In this document: one piece after another, positions 9,106 through 15,351 of the stretch
Layout of the letters: every line of letters begins with the position of its first letter
Position numbering within the stretch: position 1 is the first letter of the stretch
Virus record (IMG/VR): IMGVR_UViG_3300045594_000287
Coordinates: 1 to 64,000 of that record
From: a virus
Taxonomy: Duplodnaviria > Caudoviricetes
Length of the DNA: 64,000 nt
Direction: 5' to 3' (one strand)
Translations under genes and position numbers: made by a program
Notes under the pieces: model-generated
Seen by the model: the letters and a program-made list of their open reading frames with translations, nothing else
Told to the model about the DNA's origin: nothing
Databases searched by the model: none

Positions 9106-9141
9106 TTAAATGGATGGGACATTGTGCGATGACTTACTCAT
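9106..9141 (-). CDS. Putative leader uORF MSKSSHNVPSI sharing the start context of the RNAP gene
   Basis: AGGAAACCATAATGAGTAAGT is identical to the RNAP start context; stop at 9106-9108. Confidence 0.35.
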   Translation of the reverse strand: MSKSSHNVPSI

Positions 9142-9199
9142 TATGGTTTCCTTCTACCTTGTTTATGTACGAGAATACGGTTGCAGCCATATTCTCACG

Positions 9200-9228
9200 A
9201 GCCGGTTGTTGTCGCAGCCGGCTTTTTT
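9200..9228 (+). terminator. Intrinsic terminator of sRNA 1
   Basis: AGCCGGTTG-loop-CAGCCGGCT plus T run; the stem mismatch is a G-U wobble only on the + strand. Confidence 0.8.
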
Positions 9229-9248
9229 GTGCAAAGAGAAGGATTCCC

Positions 9249-9277
9249 TTGTCTGTAAGGGGTATCAGTGCTATAAT
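9249..9277 (+). promoter_or_regulatory. sigmaA promoter P2
   Basis: TTGTCT-17 bp-TATAAT with extended TG. Confidence 0.8.
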
Positions 9278-9283
9278 GAGCAA

Positions 9284-9383
9284 TGCATAAGTGTCTCCTA
9301 TTGAGTGGGTATGATTAACTATGCAACTGAGAGCGGTATTGCTGTTCTCCACGAAGTCGACTGCTGAGCACAGTCGGCTTTTT
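9284..9383 (+). ncRNA. Putative sRNA 2 (about 100 nt), same 3' architecture as sRNA 1
   Basis: Promoter P2, GAGA..TTCTC hairpin, terminator AAGTCGACTG/CAGTCGGCTT plus T run (9354-9383). Confidence 0.6.
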
Positions 9384-9416
9384 GTGTTACAAGAAGTTAA
9401 TCTCGGCTGCTGTGGT

Positions 9417-9445
9417 TTGAATGTGCCCTTCCGGCATGGTAGTTT
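9417..9445 (+). promoter_or_regulatory. Possible sigmaA promoter P3 (antisense to 9467-9688)
   Basis: TTGAAT-17 bp-TAGTTT with extended TG. Confidence 0.45.
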
Positions 9446-9466
9446 AACGTCATTCCGGACGATAGC

Positions 9467-9688
9467 TTACTGGATCTCGGCAGTGATGGTGTATTCTCCA
9501 TCTTCATAACTCTGGGATACAATCTTCATAGGAGCACCGCTCGTCTGACGGTATACGTCAACAATTGCTGCGCGGCGGGCCATCATCCTCCCCTGAGCAC
9601 CACCCATATTGACCGGTGCCATACCATGACCGACTACGATCATAGCAACGAGAGTAACAACGACTTTGAAACCTTTGAAATTAAACAT
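9467..9688 (-). CDS. Small protein with N-terminal hydrophobic/signal segment (73 aa)
   Basis: ATG 9688 right after the leader repeat RBS; MFNFKGFKVVVTLVAMIVVG. Confidence 0.7.
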   Translation of the reverse strand: MFNFKGFKVVVTLVAMIVVGHGMAPVNMGGAQGRMMARRAAIVDVYRQTSGAPMKIVSQSYEDGEYTITAEIQ

Positions 9689-9693
9689 AACGT

Positions 9694-9730
9694 ACCTCTT
9701 TCTCCCCGTATACGCCGATAGGACAGCAAT
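9694..9730 (-). repeat. 37-bp leader/RBS repeat, copy 1 (ATTGCTGTCCTATCGGCGTATACGGGGAGAAAGAGGT)
   Basis: Identical to 9993-10029, similar to 10243-10276. Confidence 0.9.
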
Positions 9731-9733
9731 CAA

Positions 9734-9814
9734 TTAATGGAGACGCTCTCCATGATCATCAAGATCAAGAAAAGCCTTAATAAATTCCCAAACCTCTTTA
9801 ATAAACTTTTTCAT
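9734..9814 (-). CDS. 26-aa amphipathic peptide MKKFIKEVWEFIKAFLDLDDHGERLH (not in the ORF track)
   Basis: Strong GAGGAGGA RBS; fills the gap between neighbouring elements. Confidence 0.6.
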   Translation of the reverse strand: MKKFIKEVWEFIKAFLDLDDHGERLH

Positions 9815-9828
9815 AACAGTTCCTCCTC

Positions 9829-9987
9829 TTACTTGTTAAGTTTTGCAATGTTTGCTGCCTGCGGATCACCATTCTTCCAAGCATCAGAAGCATCTTCAAA
9901 AGATACATCTTCCTCTGCCTTCACCATGTAGCCAATGGAAGCAGAAATACCAACAGCAGCGATAGCGACAAAAATGTAGATAGCCAT
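9829..9987 (-). CDS. Small membrane protein (52 aa)
   Basis: ATG 9987 after the leader repeat; N-terminal hydrophobic helix MAIYIFVAIAAVGISASIGYMV. Confidence 0.7.
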   Translation of the reverse strand: MAIYIFVAIAAVGISASIGYMVKAEEDVSFEDASDAWKNGDPQAANIAKLNK

Positions 9988-9992
9988 GATAA

Positions 9993-10029
9993 ACCTCTTT
10001 CTCCCCGTATACGCCGATAGGACAGCAAT
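9993..10029 (-). repeat. 37-bp leader/RBS repeat, copy 2
   Basis: Identical to 9694-9730. Confidence 0.9.
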
Positions 10030-10036
10030 AAAAAGA

Positions 10037-10237
10037 TTAAGCGTTTTCGACAATGTAACCACGGAAGATGTAATCACGAATCGTATCCGCGGTTACCTTC
10101 CCAGAGAAGTAGTCGTCAATTACCTTTTCCGTCTCTTTTCTGAGGCGAACAGGGAACTGTCCCATACGACCATTCTCCATAGGCAGCTCATACTGAACTC
10201 TGTAGTTGGATCCCTCAAAATCAAACGAAGTAAACAT
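10037..10237 (-). CDS. Hypothetical protein (66 aa)
   Basis: ATG 10237 after leader repeat copy 3. Confidence 0.7.
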   Translation of the reverse strand: MFTSFDFEGSNYRVQYELPMENGRMGQFPVRLRKETEKVIDDYFSGKVTADTIRDYIFRGYIVENA

Positions 10238-10242
10238 GATGT

Positions 10243-10276
10243 ACCTCTTTCTCCCCGTAGTCAGATAGGACAACAT
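10243..10276 (-). repeat. Leader/RBS repeat, divergent copy 3
   Basis: TGTCCTATCTGACTACGGGGAGAAAGAGGT. Confidence 0.8.
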
Positions 10277-10396
10277 CAGAATAAATACTCTTAACCCCTG
10301 TCTCTCACAGGGACGCCCATTCAACTCCGGTTTTCACGAGGCGCTACCTTAGTAGTTGGGTCGTCGTCTTTTATTTATAGTGCGTGACGTCAGCAC

Positions 10397-10425
10397 TTGC
10401 GTTTACCATAAGTAGGTGATAGAAT
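10397..10425 (+). promoter_or_regulatory. sigmaA promoter P4 (antisense to peptide gene 10426-10578)
   Basis: TTGCGT-17 bp-TAGAAT with extended TG. Confidence 0.75.
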
Positions 10426-10578
10426 TTATCTGTATTGTTCCACCACGACAGTCTGGAAGTTATCACTTCCATCAATAGCTGCAGGCGCCATAAGCACCAT
10501 TGCACCTATCAGTGCCGCCATAACGGCAGCGCCAATTCTGTTGAGGGTACGAGTTTTACCAAATACTTTAATAGTCAT
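10426..10578 (-). CDS. 50-aa single-TM peptide MTIKVFGKTRTLNRIGAAVMAALIGAMVLMAPAAI... (type I toxin-like; not in the ORF track)
   Basis: Translated by hand; AAAGGAG RBS; N-terminus similar to 10714-10851. Confidence 0.7.
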   Translation of the reverse strand: MTIKVFGKTRTLNRIGAAVMAALIGAMVLMAPAAIDGSDNFQTVVVEQYR

Positions 10579-10638
10579 GATTGCATTCTCCTTTCATGAC
10601 GCACTGCCCTAACATATCGTAAGTATGCTAGGGCTTTT
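10432..10638 (+). ncRNA. Putative cis-antisense RNA 3 covering peptide gene 10426-10578 and its RBS
   Basis: P4 upstream; hairpin GCCCTA..TAGGGC plus TTTT at 10606-10638 (one A-C mismatch on this strand). Confidence 0.5.
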
Positions 10639-10665
10639 CCTTATAGAAGGCAGTTTTTATTACCC

Positions 10666-10694
10666 TGGACATGCTCAGGCCCAGCTGTTACAAT
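10666..10694 (+). promoter_or_regulatory. sigmaA promoter P5 (antisense to peptide gene 10714-10851)
   Basis: TGGACA-17 bp-TACAAT with extended TG. Confidence 0.75.
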
Positions 10695-10700
10695 AAGAGA

Positions 10701-10914
10701 TGCAAGATATTGTTTACTGTGCGATACGAGCTAACTGCATAATATGCCCATACCAATCAGCACCTACCAGTGCTGCTACAGTTGCTATAGTATATACAGC
10801 TGCAGTAGCACGGTCTAATGAACGGATCTTGCCTAAAAATTTGATAGTCATGATTGAATCATCCTTTCTTCATGACGCCTTGCCCTAGCGTCCCTATGTG
10901 CTAGGGCTTTTTTT
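10701..10914 (+). ncRNA. Putative cis-antisense RNA 4 covering peptide gene 10714-10851 and its RBS
   Basis: P5 upstream; terminator GCCCTAGC/GCTAGGGC plus T7 at 10882-10914. Confidence 0.6.
10714..10851 (-). CDS. 45-aa single-TM peptide MTIKFLGKIRSLDRATAAVYTIATVAALVGA... (type I toxin-like; not in the ORF track)
   Basis: Translated by hand; AGAAAGGA RBS; leader shared with 10426-10578. Confidence 0.7.
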   Translation of the reverse strand: MTIKFLGKIRSLDRATAAVYTIATVAALVGADWYGHIMQLARIAQ

Positions 10915-11191
10915 GTTCTTTCTTTTCGCTCAAAAGAACTTCATTGAGAACACTACCCGGGGGCTCAAAAGCCCCCATTGATGTTTCATAAAAAGTACCG
11001 GGTCCCTCGATAAATTTTTTATAATTTTCGAATCCCTATAGGCGTTTTCTGAAAATATTTCATAACATTTTTTCTTTTCCTATAAATTTTCAGTATATTC
11101 GGTAAATTTCGGGCGGAGGTAACTTTTTAGATCCCAGATGAAGTACAGAATCTACGAAGCGTAATATTCCTGTATGAGGAGGGAAAAGAAT

Positions 11192-11479
11192 ATGTCAAAA
11201 GTATGGGTTAATGGAAAAGGGCCTGTAGAAGGCTCATTCTCTTTCGAAGTTGCACTTGATGAAACGGCACAGCCGCCTGTATATATCATTGAGGGAGTCT
11301 TTTCGTGTGCTCATGGGTACTATGAAGAGATCGACAGTTTGGTTAACGAGAGGTATCGTCTGGACCGTGTACGCGTGTACAAGGAAGTGTACGGATCCGA
11401 TGAGGATACAATCTTGTATTATTTTCGGGCTGGAGACTACGGAATGAGAGACTTTAAGGAGGAAAAGAAAGATGGCTGA
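11192..11479 (+). CDS. Hypothetical protein (95 aa)
   Basis: ATG 11192 with GAGGAGGG RBS; overlaps the start of the next gene. Confidence 0.75.
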   Translation: MSKVWVNGKGPVEGSFSFEVALDETAQPPVYIIEGVFSCAHGYYEEIDSLVNERYRLDRVRVYKEVYGSDEDTILYYFRAGDYGMRDFKEEKKDG

Positions 11480-12158
11480 AGAAAATGACGATGAGCTTCA
11501 GCTCATCGATGACTCTGGAGAGGTTGAAGCTTCTTTGGCAAGAACGAATCGAGAGAACTTTGAACGTTCGTTGGTTACGCAGAACCTTTGGCAGCATTCG
11601 GCGAAGGGCCTGGAAGCGAAACGTGCTGCCATGACTATGTTGTCGACGAAGACAGGTATGTATGCTCGTATTCCTTTACTTTGCAAAGGAGATGATTGTC
11701 CATACACAGATACGTGTCAGCTTCTCCCCTATGACCTGGCTCCTGTAGGCGAGTATTGTCCTCAGGAAACTGCTCAGATCGAGTTGAGAGCCAACGCGTA
11801 TGCTCAGGACTTCGATGTCGACACAATGAGTTTTACAGATAAAACTCTACTAAATGAAATCATCGGTTTCGACATCATGCTTGAACGCTGCAGAGCACTG
11901 ATGGCTAAGGAAGGCACGCCAGTGGTCGAAGTAGTAGCTGGGATAGCGGATAACGGAGACGAGATTAAACAACCTGCTGTGTCTAAAGCATGGGAAGCTT
12001 ACGAGAAGATCTCGAAGAAGCGAGATGCTGCTTATCAGCTCATGATGATGACGCGTAGGGATAACAAGAACAACTCTGACGAAGAACAGTCAGCTCTTTC
12101 TGCTATGTTGGACAACGTGATAACGGAACAAGATGTAGAGGAAGAGAAAGATAAGTAG
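11472..12158 (+). CDS. Hypothetical protein with Cys4 cluster, possible terminase small subunit
   Basis: CKGDDCPYTDTC...YCP, helical C-terminal half with PAV..WE; near the start of the packaging block. The function is positional inference. Confidence 0.45.
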   Translation: MAEENDDELQLIDDSGEVEASLARTNRENFERSLVTQNLWQHSAKGLEAKRAAMTMLSTKTGMYARIPLLCKGDDCPYTDTCQLLPYDLAPVGEYCPQETAQIELRANAYAQDFDVDTMSFTDKTLLNEIIGFDIMLERCRALMAKEGTPVVEVVAGIADNGDEIKQPAVSKAWEAYEKISKKRDAAYQLMMMTRRDNKNNSDEEQSALSAMLDNVITEQDVEEEKDK

Positions 12159-12175
12159 ATGAAAGTAAAGTAGAT

Positions 12176-12397
12176 GCGACAATAAGTCGCGGGGCAATGG
12201 ATCGTATTCACTGGCTCCCCATGGTTAAGGTATTCATGGTCCTGTTACTGCTAATGGGTAATGCGTGTACTGTATCAATTCAGCGTAAGCTGAAAAGATT
12301 TGAGATGCGCTTCTCCCCTATCTGGCAGCTAAGAGGATCGTAAAGTACTGATACCATTGGGTTTCAGGTATATACGGGGCGAAAAATGCTCTCCGTA
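12176..12397 (+). ncRNA. Candidate structured RNA
   Basis: Intergenic, contiguous hairpins including a roughly 100-nt rod (12238-12339) capped by a GNRA loop (TTCAGC-GTAA-GCTGAA). Confidence 0.5.
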
Positions 12398-12420
12398 GAA
12401 TACAGAAAGGAGTTTACATT

Positions 12421-12813
12421 ATGGGCGCAGGATTTTCAAAATTCATGGAAGGCGTAGGCGACAAGCTTGGCAAAACAATTCTCGAATCAAACAAGCCGAT
12501 AAATTCCATCGGTATGATGGAACATGGAGCCATGGTTGGTTCCAGTATAAGAGAGCAAGCTATGGAGCGTATCACAAACGCCCCCGGACTGGCTAATAAA
12601 TTCAAGCCGCTTGAGGGTGGTGGATACAGCAATTCAGATATGGCAATGTCAATGCTTTACCATCAGGACGGTTCTCTCGCAAAAGGCAGAATCGCTGGCG
12701 GAATCGCTGGAGCCTACATGGGTGTATCATCGGCCGGCCGTATCGCTTCCGGTGGCGGACTTTATCGAGACTCCGATGGTAACTTTGACGTAATGGGCGT
12801 ACCACTGATTTAA
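12421..12813 (+). CDS. Gly-rich hypothetical, probable virion/ejection protein
   Basis: AGAAAGGAG RBS; Gly/Ala-rich hydrophobic C-terminus. Confidence 0.7.
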   Translation: MGAGFSKFMEGVGDKLGKTILESNKPINSIGMMEHGAMVGSSIREQAMERITNAPGLANKFKPLEGGGYSNSDMAMSMLYHQDGSLAKGRIAGGIAGAYMGVSSAGRIASGGGLYRDSDGNFDVMGVPLI

Positions 12814-12826
12814 GGAGGAAAGTGCT

Positions 12827-13432
12827 ATGGCAGCACCTCATCTTGAACATGTGAACGATGACGTTGGCTTGATTGGAAAAGCCATCGGAGGAATAGCTTC
12901 TGGTGGTATATGGGTTGGAGGAAAACTACTAAAGGGCGGAGCAAAACTTGCTTACGGTTCAGCAGCATTTTCCGGAAAAGCAATGATAGGAACTGCCGGT
13001 TTTGTTGGAAAGCATGCCGGCAGAGCTTCTATTTCCCTTGGAAAATCTTTTTGGAATTCTTTCCATGAGGAGTCCGGCCTTAAGAATCCTGTAGGAGCTC
13101 TTGCAAAAACGACCTACAAAGGGCTATCCAAGATGGCAAAATTTACACCATCGCACACAGTTTACAACGATACAAAGAAAGCTTTCGAGACTAAAGGCCC
13201 TTCTTTGAAACTGACAAAGTTAGGGTTAGGAACAATGGTAGGACTATCTGCCATTGGAGGAGTCTCAAAAGCGTATGACTCTTATATGACTAAAAGAGCA
13301 GGAACAATAGATACTCAAAAGACAACTGCCACACCAGATTACAATCCGGCACAATATACAGTGCAGCATCCTGACTATGCAGGAGCAACTGGAGATCTAG
13401 TTTTTGCTCTGAATGCAAATCGAAGAGGATGA
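12827..13432 (+). CDS. Gly-rich hypothetical, probable virion/ejection protein
   Basis: AAGGAGG RBS; amphipathic Gly/Ala/Lys segments. Confidence 0.7.
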   Translation: MAAPHLEHVNDDVGLIGKAIGGIASGGIWVGGKLLKGGAKLAYGSAAFSGKAMIGTAGFVGKHAGRASISLGKSFWNSFHEESGLKNPVGALAKTTYKGLSKMAKFTPSHTVYNDTKKAFETKGPSLKLTKLGLGTMVGLSAIGGVSKAYDSYMTKRAGTIDTQKTTATPDYNPAQYTVQHPDYAGATGDLVFALNANRRG

Positions 13433-13437
13433 TATAA

Positions 13438-13863
13438 ATGATTAAATCGATCGCAAAGGCATTATGGCAGAACAAAGGCAACGTCGCTATGGGTGGTATT
13501 GGCGTATATTCTGCAAGTGATACTTATCAAACTGCCAGAGAATCTGGTAGTGGCGTTGCAAGCGCTGGGCTACAGGGTGCTGCCGACTTTGCTCTCCCCT
13601 TTATGATGGGTGGCTGGGGATACGCAGCCTACGAAGCCGCTACTGAACTTCCTTCTTTAGCTGTAGAAGGTTATCAAGCCGCTGACAATTATCGGCGTAG
13701 ACTTGGTCGCGAAGGAATGAATCATGCGTTCCAAAACTCTACTTTTAACGACACGCAACAGGTACATACTATGCGACAGGCCGGAATGGCTATCGCACAA
13801 AGATCTAGATACAACATTCAGCAAGCGCAGCTTGGCAATGAAGCAAAATACATGATGAAATAA
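13438..13863 (+). CDS. Gly/Ala-rich hypothetical, probable virion protein
   Basis: Operon packing, RBS. Confidence 0.7.
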   Translation: MIKSIAKALWQNKGNVAMGGIGVYSASDTYQTARESGSGVASAGLQGAADFALPFMMGGWGYAAYEAATELPSLAVEGYQAADNYRRRLGREGMNHAFQNSTFNDTQQVHTMRQAGMAIAQRSRYNIQQAQLGNEAKYMMK

Positions 13864-13872
13864 AGGAATCGG

Positions 13873-15351
13873 GTGAGAATATTGGCAGGAATATCGGGAA
13901 TAATGAAGCTGAATAAACTCTACAAGGCTATAGGAGAAGCAAAAGAAGCGCCTGGCTTGGCGAAAAAAACTTTGATGGAAAATGCCTTCAAGGAGCATGG
14001 CGTAGTCGGAATAAACGTAGTAAATGCGCAGGAAAAAGTTTATAAGCCGAGTTTGGCAGCTGACTTTAGAAAAACTGAATCACCATCTGGAGCTTCAATG
14101 TGGGGAGTTCCTAATGGAAATGGCGGATACAATGTTGTGCCAAACTTAAATAGAGGATTCGAAGCGCAGGCATATAAATCTGGCGGAATTTCGGAACTCT
14201 ACGGCTCAAACTATAATGGTGGTAGCATTAAACCGGATGAAATCAGTATCGCAAAACCAGCCTCCATTAAATTCAATGGAGATAAGGGGCAAATCACTTC
14301 TACTGGTACGATGAGTTTAAGAAATGGCGGTAGCGAATTTAGAGAAGCAGGAGCAGATCTGGCAGAGGTCCAAAGAGCAGAAATCCCTTTGAAAGAACGA
14401 AATGAAGCGAAAATTACGGAACCAGTAGCTCGAGAGGCGCCTAATCCCGCTCCAGCCTCAACTGTTTCTGCTCCGGAAGAAGTTGCTACCACTCAACCAT
14501 CAAGAGGCGGAAACAGTCAGAATCATCCTGTCAAAAAGAAAAGAGTTCATGCCAAAGATGTACGTGAACAACAGCAAGCGCAAACACGAGCGGGACAGCA
14601 GGAAAAAGCTGAAGCTAAGGCTGCAGCTAACGAGACCAAAGAACAGCGGCAAGCCAGGGCTCAAGCTGATTTTGAACGAAAATCAGAAGAGCAATGGAAT
14701 AAGCAGCAGCAAGAACGCGAAGATTACGATAAACGTAATGAAAGAAAAATTGATCCGGCCGATGAAGTCAAGCTCCACAGCGACAACATTGATAGGCAAC
14801 TTGAAAAAGTTCAAGCTGGGATAGATGAATCTCAGGCGGAAACTAAACGGATAGAAAAAGAAATTGAAGAGAGTCACGCCGAAAAACCGGCAGACCAGTC
14901 ACCACCGGACATCGGGCTAAGGACTTCTGGAGAAGCTCCAAAAGCAGATGCAAGTTTTACATATGACGAAGAATTTGGGGCAAAACTCGATGAGATGGCC
15001 AATGATAAGTCAAGGAATCGTGCAGAAAGATACGCTTCGAAAAGTGCATCTCGATCGTATCGGGAATATACAGACCAATATGCCGATCTGGCGAAGGATG
15101 GAACCCCAGATCCAGAAAAATTATCGGCATTAAATAAAAAATATGGAGTATCCGGGGACGCATCTGAAATGCAGGATAGTTTTTTGAAAAAAGCTTCGAA
15201 TCCTGGCGTGATGGACTATGTCGGAGGGTACGACGTAGTACCAGTTGCAACTTCGTCAGTTGTTTTGGGTGGAGCTGTATCGAGCGTATTTGGAAATAAA
15301 GGACAAAGGAGCAATGCGGACCTTTATGGGGATCCGTTCGCAGGACAATAA
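13873..15351 (+). CDS. Hypothetical protein with coiled-coil/low-complexity middle (492 aa)
   Basis: Long ORF; stop overlaps the TerL start (TAATG). Confidence 0.75.
   Translation: MRILAGISGIMKLNKLYKAIGEAKEAPGLAKKTLMENAFKEHGVVGINVVNAQEKVYKPSLAADFRKTESPSGASMWGVPNGNGGYNVVPNLNRGFEAQAYKSGGISELYGSNYNGGSIKPDEISIAKPASIKFNGDKGQITSTGTMSLRNGGSEFREAGADLAEVQRAEIPLKERNEAKITEPVAREAPNPAPASTVSAPEEVATTQPSRGGNSQNHPVKKKRVHAKDVREQQQAQTRAGQQEKAEAKAAANETKEQRQARAQADFERKSEEQWNKQQQEREDYDKRNERKIDPADEVKLHSDNIDRQLEKVQAGIDESQAETKRIEKEIEESHAEKPADQSPPDIGLRTSGEAPKADASFTYDEEFGAKLDEMANDKSRNRAERYASKSASRSYREYTDQYADLAKDGTPDPEKLSALNKKYGVSGDASEMQDSFLKKASNPGVMDYVGGYDVVPVATSSVVLGGAVSSVFGNKGQRSNADLYGDPFAGQ

Larger units (their letters stand above)
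9075..9228 (+). ncRNA. Putative antisense sRNA 1, complementary to the RNAP RBS and start codon
   Basis: Bounded by P1 and the terminator at 9200-9228; contains ACTTACTCATTATGGTTTCCTTCT (9132-9155), a copy of 9017-9040. Confidence 0.6.

Noticed and set aside
9134-9352. 72-aa ORF on the - strand
   Set aside because: GTG start without an RBS; it runs across promoter P2 and terminator hairpins, and the region is better explained as regulatory.
9694-10276. 37-bp direct repeats as a CRISPR array
   Set aside because: The intervening segments are about 210-260 bp and encode genes, the repeats contain the RBS, and no cas genes are present.
12159-12420. tRNA, SRP RNA or hammerhead ribozyme
   Set aside because: No T-loop/cloverleaf, no SRP helix-8 consensus, no CUGANGA/GAAA core; kept only as an unknown structured RNA.
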